Of a stretch of DNA of 64,000 bases, positions 1-9,829 are shown one piece after another. The first letter of the stretch is position 1. Each line of letters begins with the position of its first letter. Below the pieces are notes generated by a model. It had not been told where the DNA came from. It saw only the letters and a list, made by a program, of their open reading frames with translations, and ran no database searches. The translations under genes and the position numbers were made by a program. This stretch comes from Candidatus Poribacteria bacterium (GTDB lineage: Bacteria; Poribacteria; WGA-4E; JAJDTR01), in assembly GCA_028820655.1 (NCBI GenBank), contig JAPPIK010000006.1:183427-247426 (forward strand), written 5' to 3'.

Positions 1-260
1 ATTCCCGCACTCCAGCGGAGTGCCATGTGAAAAGAAATACAATGCACACAATCCTCTCTTCTCCCTGTAGCAGCGATCTCCCGCTCGCGACTCCCCGCTC
101 CGGCGGAGTGGAATGTCAATAGAACGGAGAAACCGCAATTCCCGCACTCCAGCGGAGTGCCATGTGAATAGAAATGCAATGCACACAATTCTTACTTCTC
201 CCTGTAGGAGCGATCTCCAGGTCGCGATTCCCCGCTCCAACGGATAACGCACACGAATAG
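1..260. repeat. Two tandem copies of a ~128-bp unit containing paired hairpins (cgcactccagcggagtgcc and ccgctccggcggagtgg); a reverse-complement copy lies at 36000-36103
   Basis: Direct reading: unit 1-128 repeats at 129-256 with few mismatches. Reverse complement of 36000-36103 matches the unit junction (approx 75-175). Confidence 0.8.
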
Positions 261-528
261 CGAGTACAATAGAAAATCCCGCGCAATGTCGGTAGAATGA
301 TGACAGGAAAAGCACCAAACTGTATGTTAGCGATTCCTCCGTCATGCCATAGATTACGCAATGGTTGCGGTATACTAAAGAATGCCCACTACTTTGCTCA
401 AACGCATCTTTTTTGTTGCAAACAATCCCAATCTGATATATAATTTAGCCTGCTGCGATTTGGGTGCATCGTCTTATTGTCCTATCTTGTGAAGTTTTTC
501 ACAACCCTATTGAAATCTAGCTGAGACC

Positions 529-933
529 ATGTTTTTTAACTTCGCAAATGTGCTGATTTTCCTCTTCGTCGGTTCCGTTTTCGTGGCGCTGAACCTCGCC
601 GTGTCTCGCCTGCTTCACACCAAACTTTTTATGGAGGAGAAGTTCATCCCTTATGAGTGCGGCGAAGATCCGATCGGCGATACGCGTATCAAGTTCAACA
701 CTCGCTTCTATGTGATCGCTCTTATTTTTCTGATTTTCGACGTTGAGGTGGTGTTCCTTTTTCCGTGGGCGGTCGTTTTTCGCGGTATCGGTGTGCTTGC
801 GTTTGTCGAAATGTTGATCTTCATCGCCGTGTTGCTGGTCGGACTCGCCTATGTCTGGGCAAAGGGGGATCTTGAATGGATTCGTTCTATCCAGCAGGAG
901 GTGCAAGGGAAGCGTGAGGAGGTTGAAGCCTAG
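529..933 (+). CDS. nuoA: NADH-quinone oxidoreductase subunit A
   Basis: 134 aa, 3 TM helices, conserved PYECG and FDVE motifs. First gene of the nuo cluster. Confidence 0.9.
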   Translation: MFFNFANVLIFLFVGSVFVALNLAVSRLLHTKLFMEEKFIPYECGEDPIGDTRIKFNTRFYVIALIFLIFDVEVVFLFPWAVVFRGIGVLAFVEMLIFIAVLLVGLAYVWAKGDLEWIRSIQQEVQGKREEVEA

Positions 934-956
934 CCGGGAGCGGAGGGTGATTCGTT

Positions 957-1547
957 ATGATTATTGATGAGAAACTTGACGACAACGTTATCGTCACATC
1001 CGTGGACGCCGTCGCAAATTGGGCGCGTGCCTCCTCGCTGTGGCCCATGACCTTCGGACTGGCATGCTGCGCGATTGAGTTTATGGCCACGGCGGCTTCC
1101 AACTATGATCTGGATCGGTTCGGAGCGGGCGTCCCGCGCGCGACCCCGCGTCAATCCGATCTCATGGTGATTTCCGGCACCGTCACCCTGAAGATGGCGA
1201 CGCGTATCAAGAGGCTCTACGAACAGATGCCCGAACCCAAGTACGTTATCTCCATGGGGAGTTGCGCCACCAGCGGCGGTCCATACTGGCAGCACGGTTA
1301 TCACGTGCTCAAAGGAGTCGATCGAATTATCCCGGTTGACGTTTATGTACCCGGTTGCCCGCCCCGTCCCGAAGCCCTGATTGAAGGCTTGCTGAAACTT
1401 CAGGAAAAAATTAAAACACAAACAGTCGCCAAGCGCTCGTACATCCCGTTCCTGCGAAGGCTATACACCAAAACGGATCTCGAAGACCAAGAAATTGACG
1501 CAGTGGTAGAGGAAGGCGCCGAGGAACAGGAAGAAGCCGCTACCTAG
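957..1547 (+). CDS. nuoB: NADH-quinone oxidoreductase subunit B (N2 Fe-S cluster subunit)
   Basis: 196 aa. CCAIEFMA and [10 protein letters not shown] and PGCPPRPE cysteine motifs typical of NuoB. Confidence 0.9.
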   Translation: MIIDEKLDDNVIVTSVDAVANWARASSLWPMTFGLACCAIEFMATAASNYDLDRFGAGVPRATPRQSDLMVISGTVTLKMATRIKRLYEQMPEPKYVISMGSCATSGGPYWQHGYHVLKGVDRIIPVDVYVPGCPPRPEALIEGLLKLQEKIKTQTVAKRSYIPFLRRLYTKTDLEDQEIDAVVEEGAEEQEEAAT

Positions 1548-1567
1548 TGACGGTTTCAACCTTGGTA

Positions 1568-1588
1568 CCGCAAACTGTTGGTTTGCGG
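1568..1588. repeat. Hairpin repeat ccgcaaactgttRgtttgcgg (copy 1 of 3; others at 41626-41646 and 46587-46608)
   Basis: Perfect 8-bp inverted repeat with 5-nt loop. Near-identical copies found in two other intergenic regions. Confidence 0.6.
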
Positions 1589-1677
1589 CCGCATACAATC
1601 CGCTGCAAAGGTGGAAACCTAGGTAACCTGACAAACACCCCCGGTAAAGGGCGAAAGGAGAGCTGCAACGCAATAGG

Positions 1678-2193
1678 TTGATTCCTAGTTCTGGATGCGT
1701 TGTTTTATCTGTGACATCGGAAGAAATTTACACAATACTTAAAGAGGAGTTCGGAGACTCCATTCTCTCCTTTGAGGAGGTCGTCCTAGATTCGTTTATT
1801 CTCATCGCACCAGAGGCAGTCGCCGATATCGCCCGTTATCTAGCCGAAGATGCCGAATTCGCTTTCGATTCGCTAATGTGTTTAGGCGGCGTTGACTTGG
1901 GCGTCAAGGAAGAAAACCTTGAAATCGTCTACCACCTCTTCTCAATGACCCACCGTCACACTGTAGTCCTTAAAGCCATCCTACCCAAGGAAGATCCGCA
2001 TATCCCCTCCGTCGAAGATATCTGGAAGACAGCAAATTGGCACGAGCGGGAGGCGTACGACCTCTACGGAATTACCTTTGAAGGACACAGCGATCTGCGG
2101 CGAATCCTGATGCCGGAGGACTGGGAAGGGCACCCATTGCGGAAAGATTACAAAGATCCCGATTTCTATCGAGGGATGCGAGTGCCGTATTGA
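1678..2193 (+). CDS. nuoC: NADH-quinone oxidoreductase subunit C (30 kDa subunit); exact start uncertain
   Basis: 171 aa. C-terminal HEREAYDLYGITFEGH and PLRKDY motifs characteristic of NuoC. Confidence 0.85.
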   Translation: MIPSSGCVVLSVTSEEIYTILKEEFGDSILSFEEVVLDSFILIAPEAVADIARYLAEDAEFAFDSLMCLGGVDLGVKEENLEIVYHLFSMTHRHTVVLKAILPKEDPHIPSVEDIWKTANWHEREAYDLYGITFEGHSDLRRILMPEDWEGHPLRKDYKDPDFYRGMRVPY

Positions 2194-2745
2194 CGCAACC
2201 AGGCGTAAGGAAAACAGCTATTTGTAAGGTGCAATCAAGTAATTGTAGGGTGTGCACTGCGCACCAGCCTTTTGCTCCGAGGGCGGGACCAAACGAACGA
2301 ACAGTGGGTCCGATAGTGATCCCTCAAGGGAACCGGAACGGTCAAACGTTACGGTAGGAACACAAGCATCCAGAACAATATGGTGCGATGCGGGTGTCGT
2401 ATTGCTGTAGGCAAGCATCGCGAACCTGTCTGAATAAGAGAATAACTCCCGCTATACGGGAAACAATTGCGATATCGGTGCTGGTTCGTCCATGCATAGG
2501 AAGCAATCATAGGCTTATTGGCGGATTGACCGATTTGGAATGACCAGATCCAGATTCTTTACGGCTTTACCATTGAGTTCGTAGTTGAGCGGACCGTCGC
2601 TATCTTCGATGATCAATCAGCGATCATGTCTCTTCTACTGAAGCCGTTGTGTTTTTTCTCAATTCATCGCCGAGTCAAGAATTCTATAGTTTTCAACTGC
2701 CAGAGTTGCCATGACATTATTCCTTGTCTACGAAAGGAGAATATC

Positions 2746-4437
2746 ATGGCACGCAAAGCATCACTAATCACTACATTGCTACCCCTTCTTCTGTGGGGAA
2801 GAACCGCCGTATCCGCGACCCCTACCTCTGAAGAGATCGCCCTGAATGCGCTGGACGGAACAGTCCTTCTGACAATGACGGATGCCGACGGTCGGGCAAT
2901 CGCGTACGGCAGCGGATTCTTTGTTTTGTCCAATGTTGTTGCAACCAACTTTCACGTGATTGAGGGAGCCCGCGGAGGCACCGCCCGCCGCGTGGCTCAG
3001 AATAGATCGTATACCCTCGGGCGGATTCTCAAGAGCGATGAGACACAGGATTTGGCGCTGATCGAGGTATCGGCACCGGATGCCGAACCGCTGCCCATCG
3101 GCGATAGCGATAGCAGGTCGTTACGAATCGGCGCGAAAGTTTATGTCGCGGGCAATCCGCTGGGTTACTGGTGGGGAACCTTCTCCGAAGGTATTGTTAG
3201 CGCCCGCCGTACGTGGGGCAATGGAGCGCAGAGGTTACAGATGACCGCTCCGATTTCGCCCGGAAGCAGCGGCGGTCCGGTTCTTAATGAAAGAGGTGAA
3301 GTTGTAGGTGTTTCCGTTGCATCGAGTTCAGATGAAAGGGCTCAGAATATCAACTTCGCCGTTCCGTCTAACGAACTCAAGAAACTCGTCGCCGAATTGG
3401 ATCCCCCGGCGATGAGCCTCGCTCTCCCTCGACGAGCGAACTGGAATATCGGCGACTCGATTGACGTTGTTCTCAATATCGCGAACGGATCAGACATTGC
3501 GGGATTTCAGGTAACTCTGGGATTTGATGGTTCCGTTCTCAAATATCTTGACGTCTTAAAGGGGGATTACATCATCGAAGGAGATGACTTTGCGCGTGAG
3601 ATCGAGGGCGAGAATCAGGTGACATTGGCGGCAACCGGCTTCCCTCAAGTGATGGATGAAGATGGCGTACTTGCGGTAATAAAGTTTGAAATTACCGCTT
3701 TCAAGCCGTACGGTTGGGTACTGTCCGACCTTATTATGTCGGAGGCAATCCTTGTCGATGCCGATGGAGGGCGATCATATCCACGTGTATCCCATGCGAA
3801 GGTATGGGCGCGTCCACTCGGATTCTTGGAAGACGTGAACGGTGATGGTGATGTAGATATTCTGGATTTACGATCCGTTTTTACCAATTTTGGGGTGCGC
3901 GGGAGGAATCATGCCGATGTCAATGAAGATGGTGTCGTAGATGTCGTTGACTTGGTAAGAGTTGCCTCGGCCATAAACACGCCGCGGGGAACTGCCCCTC
4001 CATTAGCGCAAGAAACTCTTGAGGGACTCACTGCCGCGGACGTGAAACAATGGTTGGCATCAGCCTCGCAGCGAGGTCTGACGGATCCCGCTTCGTTGAG
4101 AGGCATATTCTTTTTGGAGCAACTCCTTAACACACTGCGACCTAAAGAGACAGCGTTGTTGCCCAATTTCCCGAATCCGTTCAATCCGGAGACTTGGATT
4201 CCGTACCACCTCGCTAGTCCCTCCGATGTGAAGATTGCGGTCTACAACACAAACGGAGAAATGGTGCGTCAATGGCACTTGGGACATCAAGAGGCAGGAT
4301 TCTACACCGATAAAAACGACGCTGTATATTGGGACGGACGTAATGGAAGTGGTCAGCTCGTCGCAAGCGGCGTATATTTCTATTCGCTAACTGCCGGCGA
4401 TTTTACGACGACGCGCAAAATGTTAGTCGGAAAGTAA
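2746..4437 (+). CDS. Secreted trypsin-like (S1) serine protease with cohesin-like domain, two dockerin-like repeats and a T9SS C-terminal sorting domain
   Basis: ATG at 2746 preceded by AAGGAGA. Signal peptide MARKASLITTLLPLLLWGRTAVSA. His/Asp/Ser triad context (TNFHV, DLALIEV, GSSGGPV). DVNGDGDVDILDL and DVNEDGVVDVVDL dockerin-like repeats. C-terminal LPNFPNPFNPETWIPYHL...GVYFYSL as in T9SS CTDs. Confidence 0.8.
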   Translation: MARKASLITTLLPLLLWGRTAVSATPTSEEIALNALDGTVLLTMTDADGRAIAYGSGFFVLSNVVATNFHVIEGARGGTARRVAQNRSYTLGRILKSDETQDLALIEVSAPDAEPLPIGDSDSRSLRIGAKVYVAGNPLGYWWGTFSEGIVSARRTWGNGAQRLQMTAPISPGSSGGPVLNERGEVVGVSVASSSDERAQNINFAVPSNELKKLVAELDPPAMSLALPRRANWNIGDSIDVVLNIANGSDIAGFQVTLGFDGSVLKYLDVLKGDYIIEGDDFAREIEGENQVTLAATGFPQVMDEDGVLAVIKFEITAFKPYGWVLSDLIMSEAILVDADGGRSYPRVSHAKVWARPLGFLEDVNGDGDVDILDLRSVFTNFGVRGRNHADVNEDGVVDVVDLVRVASAINTPRGTAPPLAQETLEGLTAADVKQWLASASQRGLTDPASLRGIFFLEQLLNTLRPKETALLPNFPNPFNPETWIPYHLASPSDVKIAVYNTNGEMVRQWHLGHQEAGFYTDKNDAVYWDGRNGSGQLVASGVYFYSLTAGDFTTTRKMLVGK

Positions 4438-4546
4438 CACCATTTCCCTTGAAACCGAGTTTTTTCGTGAAATCTCGGTTTCTTCGCTAAATCCTAGTAG
4501 GCTTCAAGGTAACGGTTTAGAGTTTTGTTGAAAAATACATTATGAA

Positions 4547-4563
4547 GGTGCGCACTGCGCACC
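4547..4563. repeat. ggtgcgcactgcgcacc hairpin (copies also at 2247-2265 and 8395-8412), each preceded by a tgtaggg/tgaagg motif
   Basis: Perfect short inverted repeats located just downstream of the nuoC, protease and nuoI stop codons. REP-like or intra-operon terminator/attenuator elements. Confidence 0.5.
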
Positions 4564-4674
4564 GGCCTCTAAAAGCCCAAGCGGGGATCAAACGAGTGGA
4601 TAGATCAAATGAGCGAATATCGACTGCGATAGAAATTCCCCGCCCACCATTCCTTGTAGCAATTAACTGACGGG

Positions 4675-4920
4675 ATGAAGACAACCGACTCGATTTTCCC
4701 GCTCCAGAGGATCAAGCGACTGAATAAGGAGCGCGATAGTAAATCCTTGAATGTTGATAGAACTCCCAAAGCAAATCCAAATAAAGAATCGGTAGAGGTT
4801 GAGCATCAAACATGGTTAAATCTGTCGATCCAAGGCTTGGAGGAAGCATACGGGGAAGACGAGCCGGAGTATTCTAGCGACTTTATCGAAAAGGTAAACC
4901 CCCACTATTCGGGGAGGTAG
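4675..4920 (+). CDS. Hypothetical small protein (81 aa), low confidence
   Basis: ORF only; no recognisable motifs. Confidence 0.2.
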   Translation: MKTTDSIFPLQRIKRLNKERDSKSLNVDRTPKANPNKESVEVEHQTWLNLSIQGLEEAYGEDEPEYSSDFIEKVNPHYSGR

Positions 4921-5013
4921 TGTCATATTGACTGCTACTATGACGGAGAACCATCGTGGTAGAAACCTTTTCTCATTCGCTCATCACTCATTTGATGCTT
5001 TAGTGAACTCATT

Positions 5014-6198
5014 ATGGCAGCGCCACAACTTGAAAGCAAATTCATAGAATTGCAGCCGTTCTCGGATGAGATGGTCGTGAACATGGGACCTCAGCATCCG
5101 AGCACACACGGCGTGTTGCGCCTGGAGTTGAAACTTGACGGCGAAGTCGTGCGTGAAGCCATCCCGCATCTCGGCTATCTGCACCGCTGCTTTGAGAAAC
5201 ATTCGGAGAATCTGTCGTATCCGCAGATCATTCCGTTTACGGATCGCATGGACTACATCGCCGCCATGAACCAGAACTGGGGATTCTGCCTGGCCGTGGA
5301 GAAGTTGATGGCGGCGGATGAATCGAAGTCCTTTGAAGTCCCGGAACGCGCCGAGTACCTCCGCGTGCTCATCTGTGAACTGAATCGCATCGCCAGTCAT
5401 CTCTTGGCGTTCGGCACCTACGGTATGGACATCGGCGCCTTTACGCCGTTCCTTTACGCCTTCCGGGATCGCGAAAAGATTCTTCTGATGTTCGAGAAAA
5501 TCTGCGGCGCGCGATTAACCTACAACTATGTGCGTATCGGCGGGGTTTCCAGAGATTTGCCGCCTGATTTCCTTGACGAAGTGAAGGAGTTTATTGACTA
5601 CTTCGAGCCAAAGATTGATGAGTATAACAATCTTCTTTCCGGCAACAGCATTTTCATCGAGCGCACAGCCGGCGTCGCGGTGATGGACCAAGAGATGGCG
5701 ATCAACTACGGCGCGACGGGACCGAACCTTCGTGGCGCCGGAATGCAATGGGATCTGCGTAAGGACGAACCGTATTCCATTTATGATCGATTCGACTTTG
5801 ACATCCCCTACGGCAAAGATATGCCCGAAATCGGCGTGGTCAAGGGCGACTGTTGGAACCGATACAAGGTGCGAATGGATGAGTTGAAAGAATCCGTCAA
5901 GATTGTCCGACAGATACTTGAACTTGAGAGCGGCATTCCCGACGGACCGATTGTGGCGGAGTTCAAAGCCGTTCGCCCGCCGAAGGGTGAAATCTTCTTC
6001 CGGAGCGAGGCGCCGCGCGGCGAGTTGGGATTCTACATCGTGAGCGACGGCACGCCGAAACCGCTTCGTCTCAAGGCGCGGTCGCCGTGCTTTAGTGCGT
6101 TGAGCGCATTGTCGGAGTTGAGCAAAGGATTGATGGTCGCCGATATCATTGCCATTATCGGAAGCATCGATATTGTAATGGGCGAGGTTGACCGCTAA
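5014..6198 (+). CDS. nuoD: NADH-quinone oxidoreductase subunit D (49 kDa subunit)
   Basis: 394 aa. NMGPQHPSTHGVLRL N-terminal motif and C-terminal RxxCxSALS...GSIDIVMGEVDR signature. Confidence 0.92.
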   Translation: MAAPQLESKFIELQPFSDEMVVNMGPQHPSTHGVLRLELKLDGEVVREAIPHLGYLHRCFEKHSENLSYPQIIPFTDRMDYIAAMNQNWGFCLAVEKLMAADESKSFEVPERAEYLRVLICELNRIASHLLAFGTYGMDIGAFTPFLYAFRDREKILLMFEKICGARLTYNYVRIGGVSRDLPPDFLDEVKEFIDYFEPKIDEYNNLLSGNSIFIERTAGVAVMDQEMAINYGATGPNLRGAGMQWDLRKDEPYSIYDRFDFDIPYGKDMPEIGVVKGDCWNRYKVRMDELKESVKIVRQILELESGIPDGPIVAEFKAVRPPKGEIFFRSEAPRGELGFYIVSDGTPKPLRLKARSPCFSALSALSELSKGLMVADIIAIIGSIDIVMGEVDR

Positions 6199-6435
6199 AA
6201 TCCGTAGCGATCGAGGGAGTGGATAACGACCGCGACAGAAATCCCTCACACCACATGTAGGAGGGAATCAAGCGACTGGACAAGGAGTGCGATAGAGATC
6301 TTCTTGCCACGATCGGCTAACGTGCAATCAACCGAGTAGTTAGCCACCGCGATAGAGATCCTAAGGCGATAGAAAATCCTGTAATGAGTACCGTAGAATT
6401 TTGCTGACCACTGATCACTAACCACTGTCTTCAAA

Positions 6436-7701
6436 ATGTTTGACCAGATACAACAAATAATTTCAAATTCTCCACGAGTGTCCTCCGAAGCTACCGGAAA
6501 CTGGGCGGAGGAATTTGCCCGGAATCGGTTGATTCCGATTCTGGAACATCTTCCGTTTGTCCCGGCAGGGGTCGCCGAACACTTTCCCGTTTCGCTGGGT
6601 ACGATTCTCGTGATGTTCGGCGCATGCGGCATTTTTGTCGCAATTGTACCGCTCATTCCCCTGGTGCTGGTGCTGGCGGAGCGCAAGGTGTCTGCCCAGA
6701 TTCAGAACCGGACGGGTCCCATGCGCGTAGGTCCCTGGGGAACGCTTCAAACGCTGGCGGACGGGGTCAAGTTAATCTTTAAGGAGGATTTCATCCCTCC
6801 GCAGGGCGACAAACTACTCTTTGTCTTCGCACCATACATCATCTTCGCGTGTTCATTCGCCGCCTTCGCCGCCATCCCGTTTGGCCAAGGAATTTTAATC
6901 AGTGACTTCAACATCGGCATCTTCTATATTATGGCGATATCCTCGGTTGTCGTCATGGGCGTCATTATGGCGGGGTGGTCGTCCAACAGCAAATGGTCGC
7001 TCTTGGGGGCGCTCCGATCCGCCGCACAAATCGTCAGCTACGAAATTCCGTTGGGGCTCTCCATTCTGGTCGTTGTGATGCTGGTTGAGAGCCTGAGGAT
7101 GCAGGATATCGTCGGCAGTCAATCCGAGGGGCTGTTTAGCTGGCTGATATTCCGCACTCCCTTCACGTTTATCGGCTTTTTCGTCTTCTTTATCTCATCG
7201 ATCGCCGAAGTGAATCGGACGCCGTTTGACCTACCGGAGGCGGAATCGGAGATTGTCGCGGGGTTCCACACCGAATACAGCGGAATGCGGTTCGCGCTCT
7301 TCTTCATCGCCGAATATGCGAACATGTTCGCCGTGAGCGCCATCGCGGCAACGTTGTTCCTCGGCGGTTGGGAGGGCATACTTCCGGGATACGACTTCCT
7401 CGGCGGAATGCCGGGCTTCGTCCTTAAGACACTGTTCTTGGTGTTTGTCATGATGTGGTTGCGGTGGACGCTGCCGCGCCTGCGCGTGGATCAGTTGATG
7501 AACCTCTGCTGGAAATATCTCCTGCCCATCGCATTCTTCAACATTCTGGGAGTGGGGATATGGGGATTGATCTTCCCCAAAGATTCCAGGCTAAGCATAA
7601 TCATCAGCATGGCTATCATCGTTGTCGGGATTATCGTCACCTACGCCGTGGCGGGAAAGAGCCTTTCCAAACGCCCCGAGCCTCAGCCGAGTTCAGCTTA
7701 A
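6436..7701 (+). CDS. nuoH: NADH-quinone oxidoreductase subunit H; N-terminal extent uncertain (true start may be internal)
   Basis: ERKVSAQIQNRTGPMRVGPWGTLQTLADGVK and EYSGMRFALFFIAEYANM motifs. About 80 residues precede the ER motif versus about 35 in typical NuoH. Confidence 0.85.
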   Translation: MFDQIQQIISNSPRVSSEATGNWAEEFARNRLIPILEHLPFVPAGVAEHFPVSLGTILVMFGACGIFVAIVPLIPLVLVLAERKVSAQIQNRTGPMRVGPWGTLQTLADGVKLIFKEDFIPPQGDKLLFVFAPYIIFACSFAAFAAIPFGQGILISDFNIGIFYIMAISSVVVMGVIMAGWSSNSKWSLLGALRSAAQIVSYEIPLGLSILVVVMLVESLRMQDIVGSQSEGLFSWLIFRTPFTFIGFFVFFISSIAEVNRTPFDLPEAESEIVAGFHTEYSGMRFALFFIAEYANMFAVSAIAATLFLGGWEGILPGYDFLGGMPGFVLKTLFLVFVMMWLRWTLPRLRVDQLMNLCWKYLLPIAFFNILGVGIWGLIFPKDSRLSIIISMAIIVVGIIVTYAVAGKSLSKRPEPQPSSA

Positions 7702-7720
7702 CATAGGGAGGGATGGTACG

Positions 7721-8383
7721 ATGAACAAGTATTTCTACAATATCTACAAAGCGCTCTACACGGTGCTCATCGGCATGCGGATCACGTTTAAGCAAATGTT
7801 CCAGCACGCGGTAACACATCAGTATCCCTATCAACGTCCGTTTGAGAAGAAGCGAAACGTGCGTGATATTCCCAAGGGTTATCGGGGGCAACTGTTCAAT
7901 AGGATTGAAGACTGCATCGGCTGCAAGAAGTGCGAGATGATTTGTCCCGTCGACTGCATCGCTATCACCACCCAGAAACTTCCCAAGGGGGAACGGCTTT
8001 GGGATAGCATGAACGTGGTTCATCTCAAGGATCGCTCCGAGGTTGTCGGTTTCGTCGAAGGCGACGAGAAGGTGGTCCCGGACACAACGGTCACCGTCAA
8101 AACTCGTGACGACCAATCCCTTGACATCCCGAGCGGCGACATTGCCCGAATCGTCGAACGCAAACCCGTCATCTTCTATCTCGACAAGTTTGACATTGAT
8201 ATGTCGCTCTGTATGTACTGCGGGCTTTGCACCGAAGTTTGCCCGACGGAGTGCCTGATAATGTTTGATGATATGAAAGGCATCGAGTATTCGACGTTCG
8301 ACCGAATGGAATTGGTATTTCCGTTTGCCAAACCTGAGATGTACCAAAATGAGCCTGCTGCCGAGACGGAAGCGACCGAGTAA
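7721..8383 (+). CDS. nuoI: NADH-quinone oxidoreductase subunit I (2x[4Fe-4S]) with an ~50-aa insertion between the two cluster motifs
   Basis: ATG 7721 preceded by AGGGAGGG. CIGCKKCEMICPVDC and CMYCGLCTEVCPTEC ferredoxin motifs. Confidence 0.9.
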   Translation: MNKYFYNIYKALYTVLIGMRITFKQMFQHAVTHQYPYQRPFEKKRNVRDIPKGYRGQLFNRIEDCIGCKKCEMICPVDCIAITTQKLPKGERLWDSMNVVHLKDRSEVVGFVEGDEKVVPDTTVTVKTRDDQSLDIPSGDIARIVERKPVIFYLDKFDIDMSLCMYCGLCTEVCPTECLIMFDDMKGIEYSTFDRMELVFPFAKPEMYQNEPAAETEATE

Positions 8384-8566
8384 CGGCTACTGTAGGGTGC
8401 GCACCGCGCACGAGCGTTTAAAAGCCCTAGAGAGGATCAAGCGACTCAATAAGTAGCGCGATAGAGATGTCTTATTCTTCAATAATCCGGTTTCTCTAAT
8501 CCTCGTTGCATTGTCTTTTAACATGAACCAACTAGCCACTGACCACTAGCCACTAAACACTGCCTT

Positions 8567-9094
8567 ATGGAATTCGCCGGCATTAAATCCCTGATATTTT
8601 ACGCTTTCGCGTTGCTCACCGTTGCCTCCGCGGTCCTCGTGGTAACTGTGCGGAACATCGTCCACGCCGCCTTTTCACTGATGATTACGCTCTTTGGCGT
8701 TGCGGGGCTTTATGTGTTTCTGCAAGCCGACTTCCTCGCCGCAACCCAAGTCATCGTCTACGTCGGCGGCATTCTGGTACTCATCCTTTTCGGTGTCATG
8801 ATGACGAGCGGGCGCCTCCAAATGAGGATTCAGATTGAACGGGGACAACTAATCCTCGGTGGACTGGTCGCGCTGTTGATTCTGCTCCTTCTGTTCGGCG
8901 TGATTTCAAATACGCCCCATTGGGAAGGAATCAAGGACGACGGGTCAACCTTGGAACCGACCACCCGCACCATCGGCGAGATGATTATGCAAGGTGAATT
9001 CCTGCTGCCGTTTGAGGTTGTCTCAATCCTGCTGTTAGTGGCGCTCATCGGCGCAGCGCTGATTTCTCGCAAGGAGGTGCGAGACGAAGAATGA
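8567..9094 (+). CDS. nuoJ: NADH-quinone oxidoreductase subunit J
   Basis: 175 aa, 5 TM helices, position within cluster. Stop overlaps nuoK start (ATGA). Confidence 0.85.
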   Translation: MEFAGIKSLIFYAFALLTVASAVLVVTVRNIVHAAFSLMITLFGVAGLYVFLQADFLAATQVIVYVGGILVLILFGVMMTSGRLQMRIQIERGQLILGGLVALLILLLLFGVISNTPHWEGIKDDGSTLEPTTRTIGEMIMQGEFLLPFEVVSILLLVALIGAALISRKEVRDEE

Positions 9095-9399
9095 CGCTCC
9101 AGCACTATCTCGTTATCAGCGCGATCCTGTTCACGCTCGGCGTATTTGCCGTATTGACCCGCCGGAACGCAATTAGTATCCTGATGGGGATCGAGTTGAT
9201 TCTTAACTCGTGTAACCTGAACTTCGCGGCGTTCTCCCGCTTTATGACGCCTGCCGAGGACATCAACGGGCAAATCATCGCCATCTTCGGGATTGTGCTT
9301 GCCGCCGCGGAAGCGGCAGTGTTTTTGGCTATTATTTTGGCGATTTACAGGGAGTTTGGCACAATCCAACCCGATCAAACGGATACATTGAAGGGATAA
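9091..9399 (+). CDS. nuoK: NADH-quinone oxidoreductase subunit K
   Basis: 102 aa, 3 TM helices. LGIELILNSCNLNFAAFS and AAAEAAVFLAI motifs. Confidence 0.9.
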   Translation: MTLQHYLVISAILFTLGVFAVLTRRNAISILMGIELILNSCNLNFAAFSRFMTPAEDINGQIIAIFGIVLAAAEAAVFLAIILAIYREFGTIQPDQTDTLKG

Positions 9400-9403
9400 T
9401 AAG

Positions 9404-9817
9404 ATGGGCAGGATTTCGGTTGATCTCAAGCTGACAAATAGTCAAGATATGCTCCGTGCGGAAGATGGCATATTGCCTCCTGATCAGATTCGTCAGACAA
9501 CAGCGCGCGGTGTGGTTGACACCGGTGCAACGCGATTGGTAATACCTGCTGCAGTGGCTGAGCAGTTGGGACTGCCTGAGACTGGCGAAGTGGGAGTTCG
9601 TTATGCCGACGGACGGACGGGAACACGCAAGGTTGTCGAAAATGTTCGAGTGGCACTCCTAGACCGTGAATTCACGTTTCGTGCCATCGTTGAGCCGGAC
9701 CGAGACACGGCGCTTATCGGCGCGATTGTTCTTGAAGAACTTGATTTTGTCGTGGATTGCGTCGCCCAGAGGTTATATCCACGAGATCCGAATCGTATCA
9801 TCGCGGAGATTGAGTAA
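9404..9817 (+). CDS. Retropepsin-like (clan AA) aspartic protease, single-domain
   Basis: 137 aa. VVDTGATRLVIP catalytic D-T-G-A motif. Inserted between nuoK and nuoL with 4- and 12-bp gaps. Confidence 0.75.
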   Translation: MGRISVDLKLTNSQDMLRAEDGILPPDQIRQTTARGVVDTGATRLVIPAAVAEQLGLPETGEVGVRYADGRTGTRKVVENVRVALLDREFTFRAIVEPDRDTALIGAIVLEELDFVVDCVAQRLYPRDPNRIIAEIE

Positions 9818-9829
9818 GGAAAGGGTGGT

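Noticed and set aside
1-260. Possible CRISPR array (hairpin-containing repeats) at window start and in 35.5-36.7 kb
   Set aside because: Repeat units are 100-230 bp, not 24-48 bp. There is no regular repeat-spacer alternation and no cas genes.
6246-6750. Minus-strand ORFs 6246-6686 and 6463-6750 overlapping the nuoH 5' region
   Set aside because: Antisense to nuoH. Likely spurious, though their presence reflects uncertainty in the true nuoH start.
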